Assembly: GCA_037308085.1 (NCBI GenBank)
Contig: CP147779.1
Coordinates: 2,176,001-2,240,000 of the forward strand
Length of the DNA stretch: 64,000 nt
Reading direction: 5' to 3'
From: Promethearchaeati archaeon SRVP18_Atabeyarchaeia-1
GTDB taxonomy: Archaea; Asgardarchaeota; Atabeyarchaeia; Atabeyarchaeales; Atabeyarchaeaceae
Both the position numbers and the translations under genes were made by a program. The notes below the pieces were generated by a model, which saw only the letters and a program-made list of their open reading frames with translations, was not told the origin of the DNA and ran no database searches. This document shows positions 29,852-39,738 of the stretch, one piece after another. The first letter of the stretch is position 1. Each line of letters opens with the position of its first letter.

Positions 29852-30168
29852 CTTAACTCCGCGTGGGCACAGAAAGCGCCGGCGCCCCTTTTCCCTAGGA
29901 ACTATTTGAATTCGCGGTCGTTCCGTTGCTCTCCTCTCCTCCAACACCTGCTGGGTAGTCTTGCCCGAGATCAGACCCACGCCTCGGCTCTCCAATTCCG
30001 CCTTTTTCTCTACTGATGAAACTTGCACTTCACTTTAGGTGATCATGCCCGCCGGTTTCTTGTGAAACTCACAAAAAATTGTTGCGAATATCGTGAGACC
30101 ACCATCAACCTTATAAGAGGAGATCTTGAGATGAACGATTAGGAATATAATAGGAGAGAAAATGGGGA

Positions 30169-30477
30169 ATGTCGACCTCGATTGAAGACGAAGCTTGCCT
30201 AACCGAGGTAATGGGGAAAGAATACGCACTGAACATCCCGTGCGTCCTGTTGTACTCAGATGGAGAAGAAGTAAGGCTCTGGACAGGATCCTTCATACAA
30301 AGCAAGACCTTCGAAGCCGTAACCTTACGAGGTAAGGCTCTGCTCATCAAGTTCGCCGTCGGGGACTCTGAGGTCGAGTACTGGGTAAGGAAGTACCCAG
30401 CTATCAAGACGCAGTGGCAACGCGATGGCAAATGGCGAGAATGGGTGCACAGAAAGCTCTCCAGTCTGAGAGAATAG
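30169..30477 (+). CDS. Hypothetical protein
   Basis: 102-aa ORF with upstream TATA-like (ttataa) and GGAG elements. Confidence 0.55.
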   Translation: MSTSIEDEACLTEVMGKEYALNIPCVLLYSDGEEVRLWTGSFIQSKTFEAVTLRGKALLIKFAVGDSEVEYWVRKYPAIKTQWQRDGKWREWVHRKLSSLRE

Positions 30478-30597
30478 TGGTCGACCTACGAACAAAAAAG
30501 GCGAAGCGGAAACAAAGGGAGAGACCAACCACTACCTCTATTCCACGCTACTCCGCGGGTAGAGATTGCTGGATGTAGCGATTCCTGCGGATTCCAC

Positions 30598-32076
30598 TTA
30601 CCTGCTTTTCATTTTTTGCCTAAGTTTCTCTGCCGCCTTGTCTATTTCAGTGAGCATCTTCTCGTCGACATTTTCGAGGGATTTCTCTCTCTTCAATCTC
30701 TTGGCAACCGCGTCTTCGTCTAGCATCGCCTTGAGGCTCTCGACTTCCTGCTGAAGCTCCTTCTCAGCAATCGCCGTTGCTTTCTCAGGTCGCTCTGCTT
30801 GTCTCGCTGCTTCCGGCGCTTTCTCCGTGATCTTCTCTCTCGCAACTTGGGGTTGCGGAGGCACTGTGATCTCCTGTGGCTTAAATCTGGTGATTGTTTC
30901 AGGCTCTGCCGGTCTCGTTTCTACAACTTTCGGCTCTTCGACCTTCATTACGCCCGGCTTAATAGTGAATCCTCCCTCAGTGGGTGTCAGAGCCTGTGTG
31001 GGCAATGTGGTGGTCTTGGCTTTGGCAGACTTCCAGGATGTCAGCTCAAGGAAGTACCTCAGCCTATCCGTATGCAAAGCTTCGTCTGAGCTTATCTTCA
31101 GCTCGGCCGCTACGACCTCAGAGACTCTGTCGATGACGTCTGGTGTCAGCCTATCTGAGGTTATGACTGGATCCTGCGGGCTCCTCCCTGTGAGGTTGTA
31201 GATCAGAGCTATGAGCGCCGCTCTGTTGTCCATCATCTGCACTGCCTGAAGATCGCTCTCTGCCAGCACCCTGGCCTTCAGTTCAACGACATGTCTGTCG
31301 CGGTCAACCGCAAACTCTGAGGCGACAGCCACGATTCTACCGTTCTCGTCATAGACCTTTATTGGACCAGAGGACATCAGCATGACTGATAGCTCCTCAA
31401 TCAGCTTCTTGTCTTTATCCTGGATTTCTCCAATGAGCTTGTTTGATTCGACCTTCAGCCTCTCACTTTCCTTTCTGCCAATGTCGCCAAGGGTTGCCTT
31501 CGTGTCCAAAATGGATAAGTCATCCTTGATCTTGGCCCTTGTCCGCGAAAGATCTTCAAGTTGTCTGGAGTTCTCAAGAAACTGCGTAAGAAGTCTCCTA
31601 GTTGCCTCGGCAAGCAAGCCGTCGTACTCCTTCTTGAGTGTTTCGAAGGCCTGCTGCGTGATCCTCTTTTGGGCGAAGAACTCTCTCAGCCTGTCGTTCT
31701 TTTCGTTCACCGCGTCATACTCATTCACTATCTGATCTACGAGTGTTGCTGACTTGACCCTATCAGCAAGAGCTACCTTGAGCCTGTCGAGGTTCCTAGA
31801 CTCGAGTCCGTCAGTCCATTTCAGGAATGCGCTTATTTTATAGTGTCTTTCGCCAGACCAGTGCAGGACAATACTAAGAAGCTTATCATAATCCCTTCTG
31901 GCAACCTCTGCGATTGCCTTTGATGCTGTTTCTCTAACACCTTCATCAGCACTACCGAGCGACGAAACTAGGTCGAAGGCTGCAATCTCATCCCGAAGGG
32001 CAATGTCGGCAAGTTTTGTGGATTCATCCTTAGACCTAATCGCATCACGTAACCTTCTCATCATAGAAATCATCAC
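30598..32076 (-). CDS. Coiled-coil protein with CdvA-like segment and PRC-barrel-like motif
   Basis: HEAT-like N-terminus; RLREFFAQKRITQQAFETLKKEY...LDTKATLGDIG pattern; KVYDENGRIVAVA. Confidence 0.6.
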   Translation of the reverse strand: MMISMMRRLRDAIRSKDESTKLADIALRDEIAAFDLVSSLGSADEGVRETASKAIAEVARRDYDKLLSIVLHWSGERHYKISAFLKWTDGLESRNLDRLKVALADRVKSATLVDQIVNEYDAVNEKNDRLREFFAQKRITQQAFETLKKEYDGLLAEATRRLLTQFLENSRQLEDLSRTRAKIKDDLSILDTKATLGDIGRKESERLKVESNKLIGEIQDKDKKLIEELSVMLMSSGPIKVYDENGRIVAVASEFAVDRDRHVVELKARVLAESDLQAVQMMDNRAALIALIYNLTGRSPQDPVITSDRLTPDVIDRVSEVVAAELKISSDEALHTDRLRYFLELTSWKSAKAKTTTLPTQALTPTEGGFTIKPGVMKVEEPKVVETRPAEPETITRFKPQEITVPPQPQVAREKITEKAPEAARQAERPEKATAIAEKELQQEVESLKAMLDEDAVAKRLKREKSLENVDEKMLTEIDKAAEKLRQKMKSR

Positions 32077-32308
32077 CTAATGAACTCTGTTTTGCACAAC
32101 CATAGAGCATACTCTAAGGTGGCTAACCTGTAACCCCCGCTTCTGCTCTATAGAAATAGGGCAGAATGCGTATTTAAAAGTAAGGTTTATCGCAGAAAAC
32201 GCACCTTCAGCCATAGATCACTGCAATAAACCCGTATTCTGCGTCTTTTCGTCACTGTGTCTTGTAGTTCCTGGCAATGTCCGCGCTTCGCTTCTTCTGT
32301 GACCGTTT

Positions 32309-33097
32309 TCACTTGGTTTTCTCTGGCGCCTTAAATTTCCTGGTTATGTACTTCGCGGCGTAGCGGAGCAACTCATTTGAATTGAGGCACTGCTGTTGCA
32401 GACTTACCGTGTACTCAGCCATCGTCTTTGGATCCAATTGATATGCCTTGTTCATCAGCGTCTTGGTATTCCTGACCGCGACCGGGCTGTTCTCGAGTAT
32501 CTGGCGCATGAATTTATCAGCTTCATCAATCAGACTGCCGGCCGGCACAACTTTGTTGAGCAGGCCAATCTTCTCTCCTCTTTCCGCCGTGATCGATTCG
32601 CCTGTAAAGGCGATTTCTTTTGCTATCCCAAGCCCCACGATTTTAGGAAGTTTCTGTGCGCCACCCACATCGGGTATTATGCCCAGGCTCACCTCAGGCA
32701 AGGCAAGTTCGGCATCTTCTGACGCAATTCTGAAGTCGCATGCCAGAGCAAGTTCCAGTCCTATGCCTACGGCGAGCCTGTTAATAGCTGCAAGCGTGGG
32801 CTTCTCCATGTCTTCCAGCACGCCGAAGGTCTCTTGAGCAAGCCGAATCATTCTTACAGGATCCTCGCTCTTCGAGGAAAACCATTCCTGAAAAGCCCTT
32901 AGGTCGAGACCAGCAGAGAAGACTGAACCCGCCCCTGTGACTATGACACCCTGCAAGTCTGCGTCTCCGCGAACAGTCTCAAATGCCTGTTTCAGGTCCG
33001 CCGTAAGTTCTTGGTTGAAGGAGTTCCTCTTGTCCGCTCTATTCAGTACAATTCTCGCCAACTTGTCCTTCTTCTCAACCAAAACGAGGTTCCCCAT
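32309..33097 (-). CDS. Enoyl-CoA hydratase/isomerase
   Basis: LNRADKRNS, FSAGLDL, GIGLELALACDFRIA, LPEVSLGIIPDVGG; start set at MGNLV after GAAGG. Confidence 0.93.
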   Translation of the reverse strand: MGNLVLVEKKDKLARIVLNRADKRNSFNQELTADLKQAFETVRGDADLQGVIVTGAGSVFSAGLDLRAFQEWFSSKSEDPVRMIRLAQETFGVLEDMEKPTLAAINRLAVGIGLELALACDFRIASEDAELALPEVSLGIIPDVGGAQKLPKIVGLGIAKEIAFTGESITAERGEKIGLLNKVVPAGSLIDEADKFMRQILENSPVAVRNTKTLMNKAYQLDPKTMAEYTVSLQQQCLNSNELLRYAAKYITRKFKAPEKTK

Positions 33098-33441
33098 ACC
33101 TTCGTTTCGCCCTCCTTCATTTTCAAACTGGAGAAATCTCTTGGAAGATCTCTGCTCAAGTCTGATCACCCTCTGGTTTTCAAACCTAATAAGGATTGGT
33201 CAGAGTTCCCAGAACACGTTGAATTTGTCAACATCATTAACGTCATTGACGCGGTTTCTGGCGCTCCCCAGTTTGACGGCACCTACTTGTCGCTGTGGTG
33301 GTGGAGGGTTAGCTCTATGCCTTCTAGCCCGAGACAAATAGGCAAGATGTATAAGCCTTCCAGAAGAATCATCCAATAACGTCTTGAAGTCATAGTAGTC
33401 GTCTGGCACGATGGTCAACCTCTTTTACATCTATTCTGCAG

Positions 33442-33933
33442 GTGATCGTGATGGAACTGAAAGTCGTGAAGATAGAAACGCCGAAAGACTGCAACTTGCT
33501 TCTTGGGCAGTCGCACTTCATCAAGACTCTGGAAGATGTTCATGAGGCTATGGTGAACACCGCTCCAGGTGCGAAGTTTGGGGTTGCATTCTGTGAGTCA
33601 AGTGGTCCCTGCCTTATCCGCTCCTCGGGGACAGCCGACGAACTGAAGAAGTTCGCTACCGACACTGCGCTGAAGCTCGGATGCGGCCACTGCTTCTTGG
33701 TGGTGATGCGGGATATCTATCCCATCAATGTTCTCAACAGAATAAAAGACGTACCGGAGGTCTGCAACATCTTCTGCGCCACCTCAAATCCAGTGGAAGT
33801 GATCGTGGCCGAGACGGAGCAGGGTAGAGGTATTCTTGGCGTCGTCGATGGCTCCAAGCCTAAGGGCATAGAAACTGAAAAAGACATTAGGGAGAGAAAG
33901 GAGCTTCTCCGAAGAATCGGTTACAAATTCTAG
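33442..33933 (+). CDS. Adenosine-specific kinase family (DUF355)
   Basis: [42 protein letters not shown]. Confidence 0.9.
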   Translation: MIVMELKVVKIETPKDCNLLLGQSHFIKTLEDVHEAMVNTAPGAKFGVAFCESSGPCLIRSSGTADELKKFATDTALKLGCGHCFLVVMRDIYPINVLNRIKDVPEVCNIFCATSNPVEVIVAETEQGRGILGVVDGSKPKGIETEKDIRERKELLRRIGYKF

Positions 33934-33950
33934 GCTCCGGCTTCGAGCTG

Positions 33951-35165
33951 CTATCTTTTTTTCTTCTCCATCTCCATCTCTGGTTTCATAAGCAACTCTA
34001 TGATCGAGTCTTTGAGTTCGTCTACGCTTCCGAAATTAACCTCGGTGAGATCAGTGATCACGCTCTTTATCCTCTTTGCCTTCATTAATGCTACTGCAAC
34101 CACGAGGTATCCGCTCTCTTCGAGTTCCTTAGTTCCCTTCTTGTCTATGGCGAAAAGCTGATCCTGCAGTATCGCTATGTCCTCGGTTGATCCCAGTGCG
34201 ATGCGAAGCGCTGCCGCCATCATCAGATCATATGCGTATCTTCTATAGTCGACTTTGTGCACTTCACCCAATGTAAATAGTGGAGTATAGTTGATTATTG
34301 CCTCCGTAAATTCGTCCGCTGCTTTGACCATCGTTTCCCTTGCCACATTCGATCTTTGGTCTAGCCTTGACTGGCATGCAGCCGAGGCTAGGAGGTTCTG
34401 TCCTGCTCTGTGACTTAGCGTCGACTTAACGTCGACTGCAAGTGGCCCTTGCTGCACACTTACTGCCAAATCTGATAACTCGTCAATTGCCCTCTGGTAT
34501 ATTCTGGCTGCTTCCATGAACCTCTCCGAGGCGTTTCGTAGGTCGCCCGCTCTCGCAAATCTCAAGGCGTTGCCCTCGACTTCGAGAGGGTTGCTGCCTG
34601 TTGCCGCCATCACGCCTTTCATAAGAGCCTTATCTGATTCCCCGAGTTTTTTCGCGATCCTGAGAGCTTGCGAGGCTGCACCGTAGGAGGAGGCTATCAG
34701 GCCTCTCAGATTCTTATCTTGGGTTTTCTCGAGTGTTTCAGCCGCTGCTAGATAAAAGTCTCCTGCATCCAGAGTCAGCCCTTGGTTGTTCAGGAAGTTG
34801 GCCGAGACGAGGTAGAGGTTACCCGCCTCATACCATAGTCTGAGACCCTCGAATTTCCGCGCGCCTTCAAGGGTTGCCGCTTCAGCTCCAGCCAGTCCCA
34901 TGGTCTTGCCCATGAGGTCACCGTACTCGACATACGTGTCAAAGGACTCGCGGTACTTGCCTTGCTCGAAAAGATCTCTTGCTTTATCATGTGCTGCAAA
35001 AAGCTCCTGCTTTGCGGCGAGTCTACGTGCTTCGACCTCTTCAGAAGCGCTGCTAATCTCCCGTCGCCCCGGGGCTTCACCCTTTTCATCTCTGTTCTTA
35101 ATGTGCTTTGGCGGTTTTGGCAAGCTCAACCCACTCCTCGACAACCAAGAGGTAGGAAAACTCAT
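33951..35165 (-). CDS. Alpha-helical repeat protein, alpha-SNAP-like
   Basis: W.EAGNLY..SA......DAGDFY..AA repeats, Ala-rich TPR-like periodicity. Confidence 0.6.
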   Translation of the reverse strand: MSFPTSWLSRSGLSLPKPPKHIKNRDEKGEAPGRREISSASEEVEARRLAAKQELFAAHDKARDLFEQGKYRESFDTYVEYGDLMGKTMGLAGAEAATLEGARKFEGLRLWYEAGNLYLVSANFLNNQGLTLDAGDFYLAAAETLEKTQDKNLRGLIASSYGAASQALRIAKKLGESDKALMKGVMAATGSNPLEVEGNALRFARAGDLRNASERFMEAARIYQRAIDELSDLAVSVQQGPLAVDVKSTLSHRAGQNLLASAACQSRLDQRSNVARETMVKAADEFTEAIINYTPLFTLGEVHKVDYRRYAYDLMMAAALRIALGSTEDIAILQDQLFAIDKKGTKELEESGYLVVAVALMKAKRIKSVITDLTEVNFGSVDELKDSIIELLMKPEMEMEKKKR

Positions 35166-35188
35166 CAGAGATAAGTTTCTTTCGGCTC

Positions 35189-35893
35189 CTAATCGAGACT
35201 ACTGACGTGAGCCCTGCTTTCGGCATCTGAATTCCCATTGAAGCCTCGAAGAAGATATGACTCAACGTCTTCCTCTGAAAGTTCCAGGGAAACGCGCTCG
35301 GCAAGCTTTCGCGCTCGACTAAGAAGAATCGAGATGACACCAGAGAATCTTGGTGGAGACACTAGCTTTGCCGCGGCAAGTGAAGCTTTTTCAACATCCG
35401 AAAGATTGCAGGCGTGATTGATGATTATGTCCTTTGCCACCGCCACGCGAAAGCTCTCTTCATGCTTTAGGGCCATATCTTTGACCAATTCATTCAGGGA
35501 GCCTACGTTAGCGGTTAACTCGAGGGAACCCAGCAGGTCTGTGATGAAGCTTCTAATCATCTGATAGCTTGACCCACTCTTCCCGTCGTTTCTTCCTATC
35601 TCGTCGATGAGAGCGGGGTTCAGTGCTATTATTCCATCGTCAGCAAGGGAATCACAAGTCAGCACACTATCATCTTCCTTGGGCAGCCCTAGCTTTGCCT
35701 TGACGTACTTGATTGTTTCAATGTACTCTCTTCTGCTCACGATAATCCTCAAGTCGCGCAGAAGCTTGATCAGAGTGGACATCTCCCCCTCGTCGAAGAC
35801 TTCCCGTAACTCGTCAAGCGGGATGAACTGCTTCCTGCATGACGCATCATAAAGCATATAGACGATCGTGAAGGTTAGACCTTCTGCGCGCAA
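35189..35893 (-). CDS. Hypothetical protein, probably co-transcribed with the SNAP-like gene
   Basis: 234-aa ORF with GGAGG RBS; 23-nt gap to the downstream gene. Confidence 0.65.
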   Translation of the reverse strand: MRAEGLTFTIVYMLYDASCRKQFIPLDELREVFDEGEMSTLIKLLRDLRIIVSRREYIETIKYVKAKLGLPKEDDSVLTCDSLADDGIIALNPALIDEIGRNDGKSGSSYQMIRSFITDLLGSLELTANVGSLNELVKDMALKHEESFRVAVAKDIIINHACNLSDVEKASLAAAKLVSPPRFSGVISILLSRARKLAERVSLELSEEDVESYLLRGFNGNSDAESRAHVSSLD

Positions 35894-36286
35894 GAGCTTT
35901 CCCTACCTCCAACGGAAAACTTGAGCTATTCTAATATCTGCTCACCCAACGCTTTAAATCTTTCTAAGAGGCGACTGAATTGTTGAGATCTTCGCAACGT
36001 AAATTGCAAGGACCGCCTAATCCTCAAACCCCCTTCATGCGAGGAAAACCACCAACACCAGCCCTTTCCAGTCCTTGAAGAGCCTCTCGCAAAATCGATA
36101 CCACAAGTTGGTTCAAGGACGAGTCTGATAAACCACGCACCTGTTCTTCCGGAAATAAGCCGAGAGAAGAAGCCCGCAGATAAAGTCGCACTCCAATCAA
36201 TAGGCTTACGGCTTCAATCCCCAATCCTTAATAGGATTCCGTGGATAATACTCACTAAAGCTATTCATAAAGGGAGAAGATGGAAA

Positions 36287-36832
36287 ATGGCAGAAGCAGT
36301 TAAGCAGTTCTTTGTTGGATTCATACACCCACGAACATGGCTTGCAGCGATTATTGCACTTGTGGTAGCCGCAGTTGCAGGGTTGGCCTTAAGCGGGACG
36401 TTGATCGACACGCTGGGAGCCCTCTATGGATTGGGACCGGCCATCATAGATGGACTCAAGAGCGTGGCCTTCGGGACGTTCCTCACGATTCTCTTGGTCT
36501 GGGATTCGCTGGTTGCTGGCAGTGCTATACCATTGCTCATGGTAATCGTATCCGCGGTTGTGGCTGGACTCGTCTTCGGACTGATCTCGAAGAAGGAGAG
36601 AGTTGCATCCAAGAGCATCATCGGTGGTCTGAACATAGCCGTGATATACCTGGTGATCGTCGTCATTGTCTTCCTCGTCTGGTGGATTGGTTTCACAGGC
36701 ATCGGCCCACTCTACTCGGCCGTCATCGGACTCTTGGGAGCAATACCCATAGATATTCTCGTGACATTTCTCGTCGTCTGGTGGGTGTCAGCAATAGTAT
36801 CAATGATAGTACTATCCGCGAAGCATGCCTGA
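36287..36832 (+). CDS. 5-TM membrane protein, paralog 1 (GFIHPRTW family)
   Basis: Conserved MAEA.KQFF.GFIHPRTW, KKERV.SKSIIGG and P.DILV.FL.VWWVSA blocks shared by three genes. Confidence 0.85.
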   Translation: MAEAVKQFFVGFIHPRTWLAAIIALVVAAVAGLALSGTLIDTLGALYGLGPAIIDGLKSVAFGTFLTILLVWDSLVAGSAIPLLMVIVSAVVAGLVFGLISKKERVASKSIIGGLNIAVIYLVIVVIVFLVWWIGFTGIGPLYSAVIGLLGAIPIDILVTFLVVWWVSAIVSMIVLSAKHA

Positions 36833-37167
36833 GGCGACCGCTCAGCAGTGCGATCGTCACAAGCTAATCTCTCTTTTTTCATTTTTGACGGCAACCACTC
36901 CCCAAAGCATCTGGCAGAGATTCCCAAGAGTATGCTCAAGCGATAGATTGGAACATTACTGCTCCAACTTGTCTAACGTTTCCACAAAGTCAGTTACCCA
37001 CGGCTTGCTTGTGGGCTTGCAGCTCGGGGCTGTTTGGCGTGACCTTTCAAACCCCTCACACTGCCAAACGCGCCTACTGACGGAGATAGTAGGATATGCT
37101 TAAATAGTAGGCTGACTGGGTTTCTGCTGAAAATTATTCTCTTCGCAGATTTGAAAGACAATAGGAA

Positions 37168-37566
37168 GTGGGAGAGAGAAGCATGCGAAGTGAATTGCAT
37201 AAAAAGTCTAAATTGAAGATCGGCTCCGTTGTCATCGATTGCATCAACTTCGACCAGATGTTGGCGTTTTGGCAGGAGGCGCTCCACTACATCACGAGAG
37301 CGCCAGCCAAGGACGGCTGGGTGGTTCTTCATGACCCTGCTGGAAGAAACACGAATGTGTCTTTGAATCAGGTTTCGGAGAAACTTATGGGCAGAAACTG
37401 GCTACACTTTGACCTCTATACCAACGACCAAGTGGGTGAAGTAGAACGCCTGCTCAAGATGGGAGCTAAACGTCATCCTCAAACCTATGAACCAGAGGAT
37501 GATTTCATCGTCCTTGAGGATCCAGATGGCAACCTTTTTTGCGTGGTCGACACAGCCAGGCGCTGA
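37168..37566 (+). CDS. VOC/glyoxalase family protein
   Basis: VVIDC..LAFWQEAL, NWLHFDL, VLEDPDGNLFCVV. Confidence 0.9.
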   Translation: MGERSMRSELHKKSKLKIGSVVIDCINFDQMLAFWQEALHYITRAPAKDGWVVLHDPAGRNTNVSLNQVSEKLMGRNWLHFDLYTNDQVGEVERLLKMGAKRHPQTYEPEDDFIVLEDPDGNLFCVVDTARR

Positions 37567-37707
37567 TATTCGATGTTGGGAGGCTCAGCGAGAAACCAGA
37601 GCTTAGTCTTAACCAAATCGCGGTAGAGAAATCTCATTCTGGCTCCGATGAGATATGTATGTAAAGGGGATTACGAGGTACCTACTAATTAAGGAAATAT
37701 CTGATGA

Positions 37708-38006
37708 TACTGACGGAGGCGCTCCCTCCAGGAAACTGGCCCATCTTGTTGGGGTCCTGTTGTGGAGTTGGGCCCTGCTCTTGGCGCCGCCAAGGCTGCA
37801 GGGCACATCCCTCACGATCCCGAGGTACGTGGTGCAAGTCTTCCTGAGTATTCCTTTCTTCTTCCATGTTGGTTCCAGAAGGTTCAGGGACAGGCACTTC
37901 CTCATAGTATCCCCTAGGCATGTTAGGAGGCGCGGTGTTTAAGGCTCCCGACTGGCATGACGTTGCGATTCCTCCTACCCTGAAGGGCGTGGGCTTCCTC
38001 GCAACG
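37708..38006 (-). mobile_element. Internally deleted IS200/IS605-family (tnpB) remnant
   Basis: End hairpin GAAGCCCACGCCCTTCAGGGTAGGAGG; TnpB-like N-terminus MRKCLSLNLLEPTWKKKGILRKT...SRAQLH fused to a ~49-nt end motif also present at 56325-56371. Confidence 0.6.
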
Positions 38007-38091
38007 AACATCGTGAAGCAGTTTGGCTGCGTCGCAGTCAAGTAGGCGAAGGGGTCAAGCGCAGAATGACTGGTTCGGTCGCAGATCCCAT

Positions 38092-38108
38092 CCCCAACGC
38101 TTAATAAG
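38092..38108 (+). promoter_or_regulatory. Conserved BRE/TATA promoter of the membrane paralogs
   Basis: CCCCAACGCTTAATAAG, identical at ~38933 and similar (CCCCAATCCTTAATAGG) at ~36219, each ~60-70 nt before the ATG. Confidence 0.7.
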
Positions 38109-38158
38109 TTGTTGTTCACTATAATCACTAAAGTTATCAATATCGGAGAAGATGGAAA

Positions 38159-38698
38159 ATGGCAGAAGCAGTTAAGCAGTTCTTTGTTGGATTCATACAC
38201 CCACGAACATGGCTCGCAGTGATCATAGCACTAGTCGTAGCAGCGGTTGTTGGTCTAGCAATCAGTGGCACGCTAATAGACACTTTGACAGGTTTGAGCC
38301 TCTCGCCAGCAATAATAGATCAGCTTAAGGCAATAGCCGCGGGACTCTTCTTTATACTTATCTTCCCAGTATCACTATTAGAGGCTGGGACCGCGATACC
38401 ACTTGTACTAGTCGTCGTCACAGGGTTAATTGCCGGGCTCATTTTCGGATTGCTTTCGAAGAAGGAAAGGGTTGGATCTAAGAGCATCATAGGCGGCTTG
38501 AACATGGCGCTCATTTACATGCTACTCGTCGTAGTCGTCCTCGTCATCTGGATCGTCGGAATCTCATCGGGAGTAGTCTGGGCCACAGTCATCGGCCTTC
38601 TGCAGTCCGCCCCAATTGACATTCTGGTAACCTTCCTTGTAGTCTGGTGGGTGTCAGCAATAGTATCAATGTTGGTTCTATCAGTGAAGCACGATTAG
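38159..38698 (+). CDS. 5-TM membrane protein, paralog 2
   Basis: Same conserved blocks as 36287..36832. Confidence 0.85.
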   Translation: MAEAVKQFFVGFIHPRTWLAVIIALVVAAVVGLAISGTLIDTLTGLSLSPAIIDQLKAIAAGLFFILIFPVSLLEAGTAIPLVLVVVTGLIAGLIFGLLSKKERVGSKSIIGGLNMALIYMLLVVVVLVIWIVGISSGVVWATVIGLLQSAPIDILVTFLVVWWVSAIVSMLVLSVKHD

Positions 38699-38993
38699 GC
38701 AACCGCATAGTGATTCAGTCACTGCAACCTAATCTCTCTTTTTTTATTGCGGCAATAACCATGCTATAGCAGGGCGAGCAGAGTTCTTGCAAGGATCTCT
38801 TCGGTAAGAAGGCATCCGCAAGAGGAGATCTGGTAGCATATCACCTCTAGAAAGAAGAGCTCTTCCGCTGCCTTCCCATTGGTTAAGCGATGAGGCAAGT
38901 CGCATAGCAGGTAGCGCCTCTAAACCTTTTTTCCCCAACGCTTAATAAGATGTCATCATCAGTGATCAATGGGGTTACCCATCAAGGGAGAAG

Positions 38994-39572
38994 ATGACAA
39001 TGGCAGAGGCAGCCAAGCAGTTCTTTCTTGGATTCATACACCCACGGACGTGGTTCGCAGCACTAATAGGTATCGTAGCTGCAGTTCTTACAGCGGTTGC
39101 CATGGGCGGAGCGCTGACTGACTTCTTTTCAACAATAATCAGTGGACTGGGTGGCGGATCATATTCCTCTGTCCTGAGCTACCTTAGTGGAGTCGGTTTC
39201 GGCGTGTTCCTTGCGATGCTATCAGTCTACTCAGCGGCAGGTGTGGGGAGCTTCCTACCCCTCCTGGTCCTGCTTGTCGGCTCAGTCGTCGCCGGGTTGA
39301 TTTTCGGTCTAACCGCGAAGAAGGAGAGAGTTGCATCCAAGAGCATCATAGGCGGTTTCAACCTGGGCATCATATACATAGCGCTGGTCGTGGTTGCATT
39401 CGTCTTCTGGGCAAACTGGAGCCTTAGCACCTTCGCTGGTTTCACAGCCCTCTATCATGCAGTGGTCACGTTTCTGCAGACAGTCCCCGTTGACATTCTT
39501 GTGTCTTTCCTCATAGTCTGGTGGGTTTCAGCAATGATGTCTATCATAGTCCTATCCCTGAAGCAAGATTAA
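38994..39572 (+). CDS. 5-TM membrane protein, paralog 3
   Basis: Same conserved blocks as 36287..36832. Confidence 0.85.
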   Translation: MTMAEAAKQFFLGFIHPRTWFAALIGIVAAVLTAVAMGGALTDFFSTIISGLGGGSYSSVLSYLSGVGFGVFLAMLSVYSAAGVGSFLPLLVLLVGSVVAGLIFGLTAKKERVASKSIIGGFNLGIIYIALVVVAFVFWANWSLSTFAGFTALYHAVVTFLQTVPVDILVSFLIVWWVSAMMSIIVLSLKQD

Positions 39573-39738
39573 CCAGCGCCCAGAAGCCGCAACCAGGCAA
39601 GCCTAACCTTCTTCTATTTTTTCGCGTGCCACAATAGAAGCTCGACTCCCGAACAGCGAACATGTGCCAAATTTCCAATCAATAAAGAGAATCTCTAATA
39701 AGCTAGACAGATTGCTAATTTATTGAATCGCAGAAATC

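Noticed and set aside
33011-33418. ORFs of 122 aa (+) and 72 aa (-) between the enoyl-CoA hydratase and DUF355 genes
   Set aside because: No recognisable motif, they overlap each other and a real gene, and I found no BHB structure that would rescue a longer frame
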